Source: Polyangiaceae bacterium
GTDB taxonomy: Bacteria > Myxococcota_A > Polyangia > Polyangiales > Polyangiaceae
DNA: 64,000 nucleotides
NCBI GenBank assembly: GCA_050287085.1
Contig: JBNKBE010000004.1
Location: 32,278 to 96,277 of the forward strand
Direction of reading: 5' to 3'
Position numbers and translations under genes: made by a program. The notes under the pieces were generated by a model that was given only the letters and a program-made list of their open reading frames with translations, did no database searches and was not told where the DNA came from. How positions within the stretch are numbered: position 1 is the stretch's first letter; the number at the start of each line of letters is the position of its first letter. Below, piece after piece: positions 18,922-28,637 of the stretch.

Positions 18922-20017
18922 CGTGGCGGTCGAAGCGAGCAGTGGTGGGAGCGGCGAAGAGCGCCTGGCGCTTTGCTTCACCGGTGGGGGCGCCATGGGA
19001 TCTATGTACCAGGTGGGGGCCGTGGCGGCGCTGGAGGACTCGCTCGCAGGATTCTGCGCCAACGCCTGTGACCTATTTGTCGGCACCTCGAGCGGGGCCT
19101 GCGTTGCCGCGGCGCTTGCGGGGCAGCAGCCAGTACTGCGGCTGTACCGGGCCTTGCTCGATCCAGCCGACGACTACTTTCCACTCGAGCGCAAGCACGT
19201 GCTGCAGATGGACGCTCGGGAGTGGCGCCGAACCATAACGTCGGCACTGCGCGCGCTCAGTCATAGTTCTCGTGCGGTCTTTTCGAGCGCGGAGGCCAGT
19301 CGTCAGGATCCGTGGCAGGAACTCAGCCGGCTCTATGATTCCCTACCCGCCGGTCTGTTTTCATTAGAAGGTTTTGAACGCTTCTTCGAGACGCAGCTCG
19401 AGCGGCGCCGGGTGCCGACGCATTTCGACGATCTGACAAAAGAGCTGCGTATCATCGCTCACGAATTGGACACGGGACGGGGTGTTGTTTTCGGAAGCGA
19501 AGGCTGGCGCCATGTTCCGATCCCTCGGGCCGTGACCGCGTCCATGGCGATGCCGCCGCTCTTCACGCCCGTTGCGATCGGTGGACAGCACTACTTGGAT
19601 CCAGCACCATCGCAGATCTCTCACGTCGATGTCGCGATGGACTTCGGCGCAAGGCGAATCTTGGTCGTTAACCCGCTGGTTCCGCTGCGGGTCAGTGAGG
19701 TGCCCACGGGGCATGGCGTGCGCTCTAGTTTGCGGGACAAGGGGGCGATGTGGGTAGGTAATCAGGCCAACCGCATCAAGGTGCATAGCCTGTTGACGGC
19801 GGCCGCTGAGCGAGCTCGGGCTCGCGGCGGGCGAGTTCTCGTAGTCGAGCCGGAGCCGACCGACGGTACCCTGTTTCTGCACAATGCAGCCAACTTCGCA
19901 GCCCGGCGCAGCGTTCTCGAATTTGCCTACGTGCAGACGTGCGCAGCGGTACGAGGCTGGGCTGCCGACGGGACATTGGGTCAGCTCGGGCTCGAGCCCA
20001 AGGAGAGCGCGCAGTGA
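18914..20017 (+). CDS. Patatin-like phospholipase family protein
   Basis: TGGGAMG oxyanion motif, GTSSG nucleophile, ASMAMPPLF, YLDPA; overlaps the neighbouring genes by 8 and 4 nt. Confidence 0.85.
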   Translation: MRDVAVEASSGGSGEERLALCFTGGGAMGSMYQVGAVAALEDSLAGFCANACDLFVGTSSGACVAAALAGQQPVLRLYRALLDPADDYFPLERKHVLQMDAREWRRTITSALRALSHSSRAVFSSAEASRQDPWQELSRLYDSLPAGLFSLEGFERFFETQLERRRVPTHFDDLTKELRIIAHELDTGRGVVFGSEGWRHVPIPRAVTASMAMPPLFTPVAIGGQHYLDPAPSQISHVDVAMDFGARRILVVNPLVPLRVSEVPTGHGVRSSLRDKGAMWVGNQANRIKVHSLLTAAAERARARGGRVLVVEPEPTDGTLFLHNAANFAARRSVLEFAYVQTCAAVRGWAADGTLGQLGLEPKESAQ

Positions 20018-20493
20018 AGCCCCAGTCGTGTTGGGGGCCCATAGTCGTTTGCTGCTTGGCAGCGCTTTGCGGCTGCAAAGAACACTACCGAATTGGGGAT
20101 CGCGTGATCGTCAAATGGTGTGAGGGCGAATACCCCGCGTTCATCGTGGCTCAACGTGGAGCGGGGCTTTATCGTGTTCATCTGGAGGACTACGATTCGC
20201 GCTGGGACACGGACGTGGGGCTTGAAGAAGTCGTGCGCCGGCAGGACTTCCCTGGAGGGGCCGCACCCCCGCTGTGTCCACGCGTTGCCAGGGCGCTTGG
20301 GCTTGATGACGCGAAGCTGGGCCGAGGCGGACCGCAGGTGGGTGCTCGCATCAAAGTAACTTTTCGCGGCTCGGTCTACCGCGCGACCGTGAAGAAAGTG
20401 CTCGGAACGGACCGCTTTCTGGTCAGCTATGACGGGCATTCTTCCGCTTGGGACGAAGTCATCAGCGCCGAGCGCATTGTAGGGGGAGGCTAA
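20014..20493 (+). CDS. Lipoprotein with two Tudor/Agenet(SH3)-like domains
   Basis: Lipobox-like LCGC; two repeats of GxxxxVxW/F...Y.A.I/V......Y/F.V.Y/L..Y/H.S.WD. Confidence 0.6.
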   Translation: MKPQSCWGPIVVCCLAALCGCKEHYRIGDRVIVKWCEGEYPAFIVAQRGAGLYRVHLEDYDSRWDTDVGLEEVVRRQDFPGGAAPPLCPRVARALGLDDAKLGRGGPQVGARIKVTFRGSVYRATVKKVLGTDRFLVSYDGHSSAWDEVISAERIVGGG

Positions 20494-20966
20494 TGGGCTC
20501 GCAGGCGATAGGGGAGCAGACCGGGCCGCGGGCTCTGCTCGATGCAGGCCGCCCGAGGGCGTACGGTAGGACTGGCGGCAAGCCCGATCGGGGCGCCGGC
20601 TCGACTCAGCGCTGCGCGCAGGGCCGCTCGCTCCGGGCGACTGAAGGCTTGTGGCTGCGTCAGCCAGTAGCGGCGTGCGGCCTCGAGATGTGGCGAGGCT
20701 TCCATGACGTCGCCTAGGGCCAGAAAGTTGAGCCCCAGATAGAGCTGCAGGCTCGGATCGTCGCCGCCGGCGGCCTGAGCTTCGCAGAGGGCAGCCGCAG
20801 CTTGCGCGTATCGACCCTGCTCGTAGGCGGAGCGAGCGCTCGAAAGCGGTCCGCTGCAACCGACCCAGACCCACCACGCCAGTGCAAGAGCGAGCGCGGC
20901 GACCGGCGGACGGCTTGCCGCCCGCCGAGCGCGGCGTCGGAGGGGGAACGAAGGCGAGTGCGTCAT
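20490..20966 (-). CDS. Small TPR-like putative lipoprotein
   Basis: Hydrophobic signal ending WVGC; ARSAYEQGRYAQAA...LYLGLNFLALGD TPR-like helix pair; directly after hflX. Confidence 0.5.
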   Translation of the reverse strand: MTHSPSFPLRRRARRAASRPPVAALALALAWWVWVGCSGPLSSARSAYEQGRYAQAAAALCEAQAAGGDDPSLQLYLGLNFLALGDVMEASPHLEAARRYWLTQPQAFSRPERAALRAALSRAGAPIGLAASPTVRPRAACIEQSPRPGLLPYRLRAH

Positions 20967-21017
20967 GGGCCCCGGTCGGGCGAGAGCCCGGCCAGTTGCT
21001 CGAAATGTGCGCTGAGT

Positions 21018-22694
21018 CTAGGATTCGCTCGCGTCGACCTGGGGGTCGGCAGGGGGCAGTCGCTCCGCCAGCGCGGCGAGCAGCTGGTCCAGGCCGGGAC
21101 GATCGGCTGCGCTGATCCCCACGACGTCCGGGGTCTCCGCAATGGCAGCGCGTTCTTCCGCCGAGAGTAGGTCGATCTTGTTCTTGCACAAGAGCCGCGG
21201 CAGTTGGTCGAGCCCGAGCTCACGCATCAGCTTCTCCGTTGTCGCCAGGTGCTCATCATGTTCGGGATCGCTGGCGTCTACCACTTCGACCAGCAGATCG
21301 GCGTCGCGGGCCTCTTCGAAAGTGGAGCGAAACGCCGCGAAGAGATCCTTAGGCATGTTGCGGATGAAGCCCACCGTATCCGCCATGACCGCCATTCGCC
21401 CTCCCGGAAGGTGTAAGCGTCGGGCCCGTGTGTCGAGTGTGGCAAAGAGCTTGTCCTCCGCCAGTACACCCGCCCCGGTAAGAGTGTTGAGCAGTGTGCT
21501 CTTGCCAGCGTTGGTGTAGCCCACGATGGCGATCATGGGATCTTGGCTCTGTACCCGCCGCTTGCGCTTTTCGGTGCGTTGCGCCTCGGCGTGTCGCAGC
21601 TCCCGTTCGAGCCGCGCAACCCGTTCCCGCGCGCGACGCCTTCCGATTTCCAACTTGGTCTCGCCGGGGCCCCTGCCGCCAATACCGCCAGTGAGGCGGC
21701 TGAGCGCGTCGTCCTTCTGTCCTAGCCGCGGCAAACGATACTTGAGCTGCGCGAGCTCGACCTGCAACTTGCCGTCCTTGGTCTGGGCTCGCTGTGCGAA
21801 GATGTCGAGGATCAGCTGGGTGCGATCGATGACCTGCAAGTCGGTCTGAGCGGCGATCCCCGAGGCTTGGGCTGGAGATAGCTCGCGATCGAAAATCAAC
21901 AGGCCGGCGTCATGATCGATAGCCCGCATCACGACGTCTTCGAGCTTACCGCGACCGAGGACCAGCTTGGGATCGACTCGATCTCTCAGTTGTAGGATGG
22001 TTTCGGCGACCGTGACGCCGGCCGTCTGGGCGAGGCTTTCCAGCTCGCGCAGACTCGACCGCGCTTTGAGGGAAGCGCCGGCCTTGCCCTTCTCCCCGAC
22101 GTGTATGAGCAGAGCCCGCTCTTGGGTCACCTGCCGCGTGCGGGAACGGCGCGCGAACTCGTCTTCGAGGGCTCGGATGAGGGCCTCGAAGTCTGGTAGG
22201 GGGCGACCCCAGGGCTGCGGGCCGTATACCTCATAGGGCAGCGAGGTGTTGCCTTTGCTTCTCGCCGGCTCCTGCGGGACGCAGTGGGCCCACGTCACGC
22301 TTCGGACGTCGAATTCGGGGGAGACGAGCAGGGCGCATACGGCGTCGAGGCGCAGGCGTGTTAGATCCACGAGATCGTCGTGGGTGAGGGGTTCGCCGTA
22401 GAGATGAGTGTGCACCAGCCGGAGCCCACGAAACCTGCCTTGGGCCGCACGCAGCCGGCCGATGTCGGGCAGCATCAACCCCGTCGCATTGCCAACGATC
22501 ACCCATTCGACGCGGCCGGAGCGATGGACCAACGCGCCGACCTGGCGCTTGCTTTCTCGCGACGCATCACAGAGATTCTTGGCGAGTTCTGGACTGGTGA
22601 GAGCCTGCGCCGGAACGCGCCGACGGTAGAGGCGCTCCAGGGTGGAGCGAGCGTGAGGTGAGAGGCCAGCGGTGTTTCCGAACAATTCGGGCAT
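21018..22694 (-). CDS. hflX: GTPase HflX (long N-terminal form)
   Basis: IDRTQLILDIFAQRA, GGRGPGETKLE, GYTNAGKSTL, LFATLD, DTVGFI, NKID. Confidence 0.95.
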   Translation of the reverse strand: MPELFGNTAGLSPHARSTLERLYRRRVPAQALTSPELAKNLCDASRESKRQVGALVHRSGRVEWVIVGNATGLMLPDIGRLRAAQGRFRGLRLVHTHLYGEPLTHDDLVDLTRLRLDAVCALLVSPEFDVRSVTWAHCVPQEPARSKGNTSLPYEVYGPQPWGRPLPDFEALIRALEDEFARRSRTRQVTQERALLIHVGEKGKAGASLKARSSLRELESLAQTAGVTVAETILQLRDRVDPKLVLGRGKLEDVVMRAIDHDAGLLIFDRELSPAQASGIAAQTDLQVIDRTQLILDIFAQRAQTKDGKLQVELAQLKYRLPRLGQKDDALSRLTGGIGGRGPGETKLEIGRRRARERVARLERELRHAEAQRTEKRKRRVQSQDPMIAIVGYTNAGKSTLLNTLTGAGVLAEDKLFATLDTRARRLHLPGGRMAVMADTVGFIRNMPKDLFAAFRSTFEEARDADLLVEVVDASDPEHDEHLATTEKLMRELGLDQLPRLLCKNKIDLLSAEERAAIAETPDVVGISAADRPGLDQLLAALAERLPPADPQVDASES

Positions 22695-22795
22695 GTGAAG
22701 CGTCGAGCTATAACACAGGGCCCCCGCGTCCGGTAACGCCACCGCGATTCGGATAGTGCTTGACCGGCGCGGGCGAGCTCCGCCAAGACAGCGCC

Positions 22796-23752
22796 GTGGC
22801 CTTGCTCACCCCTATGTCCCTGGACGAAGCGCAGGTGTTGGGACGTTGTTTCGACGTCGAAGTCCGTCGCGTCGAGGCGCTTACGTCCGGGAGCGTGAAC
22901 TCCAACTTCACAGTCGAGACCACGTCTGGGACGCGACTCTTTGGCCGCATTTTCGAAGAGCAAGACGAGGCGGGCGCCGAGCGCGAAACGCGGCTGCTCC
23001 GCGAGTTGCACGCTCTCGGCCTGCCCGGGGCGCTGCCGCTGCCCGTTCGGGGGGCTGGGTCACTGCCGGCGTTGCGCGGCAAGCCCTTTGCCCTCTACGA
23101 ATGGGTTTCGGGGCGCGACCTATGTCTTGGCGGCGTGCGTTCGGAGCATCTGGAGGAGCTAGGTCGTACCCTGGCGCGTTTGCATCTGGCCAGTAGCAGG
23201 GTAACACCTCTGCCCACGTCGCGCTTCGGCGCAGCTGAGTTGCGGCGGCGCCTTGCGAGCGTCCGCGCCGCGGGGCGGGGCTTTGATGATGCGGTGGCGC
23301 TTATCGAGAAGAAGTTGGCTCACTACGAAGCGTTGTTGCCGACGGGAGCCTTGCCGGAGGGGTTGGTGCACGGAGACCTGTTCCGCGACAACGTGTTGTG
23401 GTCGGACGGAGCCATCAGTGCACTACTAGACTTCGAATCGGCGTCCCATGGGGTCTTCCTATACGACCTGCTCGTGTGTGCTTGCGCGTGGTGCTACACT
23501 AGCAAGTTCGAGCCAAGCCGTTTGATGGCGCTTCGGGACGGCTATCAGCGCGAGCGAGTGCTGCTGGCCAGCGAGAGAGAGCACGCCGCGACAGTGGGCG
23601 CGCTCGTCTGCTTGCGCTTTGCGACGACCCGTTTGACCGACTTCGAACTCCGCGCGGTGCCGCCTGAGCCGCCGGCGCGCGACTATCGGCGCTTTCTCGC
23701 TCGCTTGGAGGCGATCGAGCAGGGCGCCCTCAACCCCCTGTTGGAGCTATGA
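22796..23752 (+). CDS. thrB: Homoserine kinase type II (APH fold)
   Basis: GSVNSNF, LARLH, HGDLFRDNVL, LLDFE, LRFATTRL. Confidence 0.8.
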   Translation: MALLTPMSLDEAQVLGRCFDVEVRRVEALTSGSVNSNFTVETTSGTRLFGRIFEEQDEAGAERETRLLRELHALGLPGALPLPVRGAGSLPALRGKPFALYEWVSGRDLCLGGVRSEHLEELGRTLARLHLASSRVTPLPTSRFGAAELRRRLASVRAAGRGFDDAVALIEKKLAHYEALLPTGALPEGLVHGDLFRDNVLWSDGAISALLDFESASHGVFLYDLLVCACAWCYTSKFEPSRLMALRDGYQRERVLLASEREHAATVGALVCLRFATTRLTDFELRAVPPEPPARDYRRFLARLEAIEQGALNPLLEL

Positions 23753-23756
23753 GAAA

Positions 23757-25142
23757 ATGAGTGGAGCACGTGGTGGTCGTCTTCCGGATGCTGTCGAGCC
23801 GGCCATGCAGGCGCTCAATCAGAGCGTTGATGTCGACTGGCAGCTGTGGCGCGCAGACATCCGTGGCTCTCAGGTGCACGCGCGCGGCTTAGCCCGCGCG
23901 GGGATCATCTCGGAGCAGGAGGCCGAAACGCTGGTCACCGGTCTGGCTCAGGTCGCAGATGAAATCGAGTCTGGTGCCTTTGCCTGGGACCCTGTTCGCG
24001 AAGATGTGCATATGAACATCGAAGCGCGACTGACCGAGATCGTGGGCTCCGTGGGCGGTAAGTTGCACACGGGGCGCTCGCGCAACGATCAAGTGGCGAC
24101 AGACCTTCGGCTCTGGACTCGTGACGCTCTAGACGATGTGATGACGGCAACTAGCGACCTCGCAGCCGCGATCATCGCTCGCGCCGAGGAGCACATCGAG
24201 GTTCTCATGCCGGCGTATACCCACCTGCAGCGGGGGCAGCCAAGCCGGCTCTCGCACCACTTGATGGCGTGGCAGGAGCTGCTATGGCGCGACCATGGCC
24301 GGCTCGCGGACGCACGCGCCAGGCTCAATGAGTGTCCGCTGGGCGCTGGAGCGGTGGCAGGAAGTGGCTTTCCGCTCGCTAGGGAGTGGGTTGCGGCGGA
24401 ACTTGGCTTCGACGGCCCGATGCAGAACTCCCTAGACGCGACTGCCAGTCGTGACTTCCTCATGGAAGGGTTGTCGGCCCTCGCGATCCTCGGCACGCAT
24501 CTGTCGCGAATCGGCGAAGAACTGGTCTTGTGGTCGACGTATGAGTTTGGGTTCGTGACCTTGAGCGATCGTTTCTCGACGAGTTCGAGCATGATGCCGC
24601 AGAAGAAGAACCCCGACGTGGCCGAACTGGTGCGAGGAAAAGCTGCTCGTGCCATTGGAAACCTGACAACGCTGCTGGTGCTGGAGAAGAGTCTCTGCTT
24701 TGGCTATGGCCGGGATCTTCAGGAGGACAAGCTGCCCGCTTTCGACGCGTTCGAAGCCGTTGCCCAGAGTCTGCGAGCCCTGACCGGAGCGATCGCGACC
24801 TTGCGCTTCAATCGGGATCGCCTGGAAGGGGCGCTTGAACAAGGTCACGTTTGCGCCACTGACTTGGCAGATCTCCTGGTCACGCAGGGTGTGCCGTTTC
24901 GGGAGGCTCACCACATTGTGGGGCACTTGGTGCGCGTGGCAGAGGACCAGGGTGTGCAGTTGTCGCAGCTATCACGGGCGAGTCTGGCCAGCGCGCACCC
25001 AACGCTGATGGACTTGGACGTCAGCAGCGCGCTGGATCCTGGTCAGGCTGTCGAGCGTCGGCAGCTGGTAGGAGGCCCCGCCCGCGCCAGGGTCGAAGCC
25101 GCAATCCGTCAAGCCCGCGAGCGGTGGGGGACGCCCGCGTAG
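23757..25142 (+). CDS. argH: Argininosuccinate lyase
   Basis: EDVHMNIE, LHTGRSRNDQV, MPAYTHLQ, SSMMPQKKNPD, RDLQEDK, GVPFREAH. Confidence 0.96.
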   Translation: MSGARGGRLPDAVEPAMQALNQSVDVDWQLWRADIRGSQVHARGLARAGIISEQEAETLVTGLAQVADEIESGAFAWDPVREDVHMNIEARLTEIVGSVGGKLHTGRSRNDQVATDLRLWTRDALDDVMTATSDLAAAIIARAEEHIEVLMPAYTHLQRGQPSRLSHHLMAWQELLWRDHGRLADARARLNECPLGAGAVAGSGFPLAREWVAAELGFDGPMQNSLDATASRDFLMEGLSALAILGTHLSRIGEELVLWSTYEFGFVTLSDRFSTSSSMMPQKKNPDVAELVRGKAARAIGNLTTLLVLEKSLCFGYGRDLQEDKLPAFDAFEAVAQSLRALTGAIATLRFNRDRLEGALEQGHVCATDLADLLVTQGVPFREAHHIVGHLVRVAEDQGVQLSQLSRASLASAHPTLMDLDVSSALDPGQAVERRQLVGGPARARVEAAIRQARERWGTPA

Positions 25143-25269
25143 GGCCGGTCATCATCGCCGCGCCGATCACCGACCGTCGCCGCGCCAGAGTGTTGCTTCG
25201 GTCGCGTCCGGTGTTTCCTCGGTGGCGCTCCGTCCGTATTGGACTACGATCTTGTTTCAGGAGTAACAC

Positions 25270-26004
25270 GTGCAGCTGGACTTCTTGGCCCGAGAGCTCA
25301 CCGTAAAGCTCGTCTACTACGGTCCGGCGTTGAGCGGCAAGACGACGAACCTACAAGCGCTTCATGACGCGTCGGACGCTCGAAGTCGCGGTCGTCTAAT
25401 GACGCTTGAGACGAAGGATGACCGGACGCTATTCTTCGACCTACTACCGCTCACTTTTCGCGGTCAGGGAGACGTGGCTGTGCGCTTGAAGGTGTTCACG
25501 GTGCCCGGTCAGGTCATTCATTCCTCTACTCGGCGCTTGGTGGTACAGGGGGCAGACGGCCTTGCATTTGTGGCTGACTCCCAGTGCTCAGAGACGCAGC
25601 ACAATGGAGAGTCTTTTTTGGACTTGAAGAAGAACCTGAAGACCAACGGTATCGAGCTGCGGGACCTGCCCCTGATAATCCAGTTCAACAAGCGCGATTT
25701 GCCCGAGGTGCGCAGCGACAGCGAGTTGGGAGCCCTGGCTTCGAAGGGCAAGGAGCCTGTGTACCTAGCGGTGGCCACTGAGGGAGAGGGTGTGGTGGAA
25801 AGCTTCATGGGGCTGCTCACTCTCACCTGGGCTCGGCTCGAAGCGGAGCATCACCTGGCTCAGAAGTTTGGGCTTGACGGTGCTAGGTTACTGTCCGACG
25901 TCGCGCTGCGCCTGGGTTGTGCAGTCGGGAGTGAGAACCCGGCCTTTCGCTGCCTCGGCGGTCGTGAGCGCTTTCGTTCTTTGTTGGGGGTGGGGCATGG
26001 TTGA
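25270..26004 (+). CDS. MglA-family small Ras-like GTPase with C-terminal extension
   Basis: KLVYYGPALSGKTTNL, DRTLFFD, FTVPGQV, QFNKRD. Confidence 0.88.
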   Translation: MQLDFLARELTVKLVYYGPALSGKTTNLQALHDASDARSRGRLMTLETKDDRTLFFDLLPLTFRGQGDVAVRLKVFTVPGQVIHSSTRRLVVQGADGLAFVADSQCSETQHNGESFLDLKKNLKTNGIELRDLPLIIQFNKRDLPEVRSDSELGALASKGKEPVYLAVATEGEGVVESFMGLLTLTWARLEAEHHLAQKFGLDGARLLSDVALRLGCAVGSENPAFRCLGGRERFRSLLGVGHG

Positions 26005-27430
26005 GTTCAGCGAACAGCGCGAGGCTTCTGAGCGCAGCCTGGACGACTTGACCTTGTCCGTGGATGTTAAGCTGGAGGAACTAGCCGAACGCCCAGCCCT
26101 TGGGGAGATGGCGCAGACCTTCTACGAGCTCTTTCGAGTCCCGCTGCGCATCTTATCGGAGCACGGCGGACTGATTGCGGAAGCCGGGGCTCCTCCGGCC
26201 ATCTACGGCTATCTGGGGCAATTCCCGGCGGGACGTCGCGCCGTTGATGCCACCGTTGCCGAAGTGCTGCGCAAGCGTCCGGCGCCGGGCAAGTCCGTCA
26301 ACATCACCTGCGTCACTGGGGCTCTCTACCACGTCGTGTCCATCGCTCTGGACGGGCGGTCGCTTGGCCGCGTGGTCCTCGGACCGTTTCTGCCGCCCGA
26401 ATTTCCGGTGCTTGCTCGTCGCGTGTTGGAGCTGGATCCCGAGATTCAGTCGCTCGGGGTTGAGCAGCGCATGGCGGAGCTGCCGCGGGCCAAGCAGGGC
26501 ACCGTCCAGCGCATCGCCAACCACCTCCAGAGTTCCCTAGATCTGATTCTATTCAGTGGGCACAAAGCGCTTCTTACGGGGGCGATGCATCTGGCCAGCG
26601 TGCGGGAGAGTTTCCGCGAGCTGAAGGAAACCAATCTGGAGCTTCAGAACGCCAACGAGAGTCTCAAGCAGCTGGATCGTTTGAAGAGCAACTTCCTAGC
26701 TACGGTGTCGCACGAGCTGCGCACGCCGCTGACGTCGATCATCGGCTACAGCGAGATGCTGGCTCAGGGGATCGCCGGATCGCTCAGTGCGGAGCAGCAG
26801 ACCTTTGTCGAGACGATTCACGAAAAGGGCCAGCAACTCCTGGAGATGATTTCAGGCTTGCTCGATATGTCCAAATTGGACAGCGGCACGCTAACCCTGC
26901 GAAAAGAGGACGTCGACATGGGGCTTCTCGTCCGGGACGTGCTCAATACGTTTGCACCCATTGCAAAGCAGTCTGGCGTGGAGATCCGGGCGCGGGTCGA
27001 TCCGGCGGTGCCGCCGCTGCGGGGTGACGGGATGCGCTTGCGTCAGGTGTTCACAAATCTCGTCGACAATGCGCTCAAATTCACCCCCCAAGGAGAGCGT
27101 GTGGAGCTCAGCGTGGAGATGGGCCAGCTCGAACGCGAACCGGGAGACGACGCCGGGACCATTCTGCTAGCGGGCTCTGAGCCGGCGGTGGTTGTAACGG
27201 TTGCGGACTCGGGGATCGGCGTTCCGGACGAAGAGAAGCAGCGGATCTTTGACCCTTTCTATCAGGTCGACGGCGGCACGACTCGGCGCGTCGGGGGCAC
27301 CGGCCTTGGACTGGCTATCGTGCGACGCCTGGTAGAAGGGCATGAGGGTGTGGTGGTCGTGCGGGATCGCAAGCCGCGAGGCGCGGAATTTGTGGTTACG
27401 CTACCCCTCGGACGCGGCACCTTCGGTTGA
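25997..27430 (+). CDS. Cytoplasmic sensor histidine kinase with PocR-like N-terminal domain
   Basis: H-box SHELRTPL, NLVDNALKFT, DSGIG, F-box, GTGLGL. N-terminus CVTG...GRVVLGPF resembles PocR. No TM segment evident. Confidence 0.85.
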   Translation: MVEFSEQREASERSLDDLTLSVDVKLEELAERPALGEMAQTFYELFRVPLRILSEHGGLIAEAGAPPAIYGYLGQFPAGRRAVDATVAEVLRKRPAPGKSVNITCVTGALYHVVSIALDGRSLGRVVLGPFLPPEFPVLARRVLELDPEIQSLGVEQRMAELPRAKQGTVQRIANHLQSSLDLILFSGHKALLTGAMHLASVRESFRELKETNLELQNANESLKQLDRLKSNFLATVSHELRTPLTSIIGYSEMLAQGIAGSLSAEQQTFVETIHEKGQQLLEMISGLLDMSKLDSGTLTLRKEDVDMGLLVRDVLNTFAPIAKQSGVEIRARVDPAVPPLRGDGMRLRQVFTNLVDNALKFTPQGERVELSVEMGQLEREPGDDAGTILLAGSEPAVVVTVADSGIGVPDEEKQRIFDPFYQVDGGTTRRVGGTGLGLAIVRRLVEGHEGVVVVRDRKPRGAEFVVTLPLGRGTFG

Positions 27431-27711
27431 GCCAGCGGGCAAGGGGACGACGCCCTTGGCACGTTCGCTGAGCGCCATGTGGGGCCCCGCAGCGGAGCTT
27501 ATGCCCCGTTTGGTGGCGGGCCCGTCTGCGTATCGGGGGGGGCGACGGCGCGGGCTGGCGGACTGGGCTTGGGTGCCACCCGCACGGCGACCGGCTGTTG
27601 AGCTCTTGACGGTGGTTGCACGAGCCTCGGGCCGGCGCTGCCCGGCAAGTGGCATGGTTCTTTCATGCAACTGGTCAAGGGCCCCCCGGCCCAGAAGGAG
27701 CTCTCGACAGA

Positions 27712-28002
27712 ATGGTCCTCCCCTCTCCAATCCGCTCGCCCCTGGCTCGCGCCCGGACCTTCGCTCGTCGAGGGGCCTTTCGGCGTGCGCTCGCTATTCT
27801 GCGAGCCGCGTGCTCGGAACAACCCGAGAGCGCGCGGGCCTGGGTTCAACTGGGGAGCCTGGCCCTTGCGCAGGGGCAGCAAGCCGTTGCGCTCGCCGCA
27901 TTCCGACACGCTCAATGGCTTTTTCATCGCGGCCGCGCTCACGGCAAAGAGCGCACAACGCGAACGCTCATCGCCCGGGCAGAACGCCGCGCGGCTTCAT
28001 AA
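27712..28002 (+). CDS. Small TPR-like protein
   Basis: AAGGAG RBS before ATG 27712; PESARAWVQLGSLALAQGQQAVALAAFRHA TPR pattern. Confidence 0.5.
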   Translation: MVLPSPIRSPLARARTFARRGAFRRALAILRAACSEQPESARAWVQLGSLALAQGQQAVALAAFRHAQWLFHRGRAHGKERTTRTLIARAERRAAS

Positions 28003-28086
28003 TTCGGCTCGCGCAAGGAGCCGGCACGCGTTCGCCGGGGACGCTTTCGCTGAGCGGCCGATCTATTCGCCATCGCCTGATTGGCC

Positions 28087-28124
28087 TTCACAAGCGAGAT
28101 CGGATCTGACATGTTCCGCCTCCC
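28087..28124 (+). promoter_or_regulatory. sigma70 promoter with GC-rich discriminator for tRNA-Gly
   Basis: TTCACA, 17-bp spacer, CATGTT, then CCGCCTCCC. Confidence 0.5.
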
Positions 28125-28125
28125 T

Positions 28126-28198
28126 GCGGGAGTAGCTCAGTTGGTAGAGCACAAGCTTCCCAAGCTTGGGGTCGCGGGTTCGAATCCCGTCTCCCGCT
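28126..28198 (+). tRNA. tRNA-Gly (CCC)
   Basis: GCGGGAGTAGCTCAGTTGGTAGAGCACAAGCTTCCCAAGCTTGGGGTCGCGGGTTCGAATCCCGTCTCCCGCT; U73 discriminator. Confidence 0.95.
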
Positions 28199-28410
28199 CA
28201 GGAATACGAAGGCCATGGGGTGGCGCGGTCATGGTTGAGGTGCAGCGTTCGTTTTGACGCCCCGGCGACTTGTCCGACTTCGGCTCGGAATAATCCCCGG
28301 AGCGTTGAAGTTCAGGTTAGGAGGAGCCCGGCTGCGGCGCTCACCGCAGCGCGGCAATGAACCCGGCCCAGTTCGGGCCTTGCGCCCTGGACGGCCCCGT
28401 TTTATGTGCT

Positions 28411-28522
28411 GTCCGGTCTGACAGCGGTGCACCGTGCGATCAACCGTGGTGCGATCAACCGCGGTGCGGTCTAACCCGTGGTGCGGTCTAACCCGTGGTG
28501 CGGTCTGACAGCGGTGCAGTCT
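28411..28522. repeat. Degenerate 15-17-bp tandem repeat (GTGCGRTC-core), about 6-7 units
   Basis: GTGCGATCAACCGYG x2 and GTGCGGTCTAACCCGTG x2, bracketed by two copies of CGGTCTGACAGCGGTGCA. Confidence 0.85.
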
Positions 28523-28637
28523 ATCCCCAAACGAGACGCCGCGCTGGGACGTGCGCCTATTGGAGTCGAATTTGCCGAAACAAGCGTCTAGTCCCTTTCC
28601 ACTGCACCGCGCGCAAGGTCGCCACAACGGGCGTCGG

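Noticed and set aside
19981..21189. 402-aa minus-strand ORF and many similar long Arg/Ala/Pro-rich ORFs (e.g. 7901-8908, 14319-15269, 53514-54470)
   Set aside because: Off-frame or antisense shadows of well-supported genes, expected at high GC; no motifs.
27650..27665. sigma54 promoter TGGCATGGTTCTTTCA before the small TPR gene
   Set aside because: The -24 element fits, but -12 reads TTTC instead of the near-invariant TTGC.
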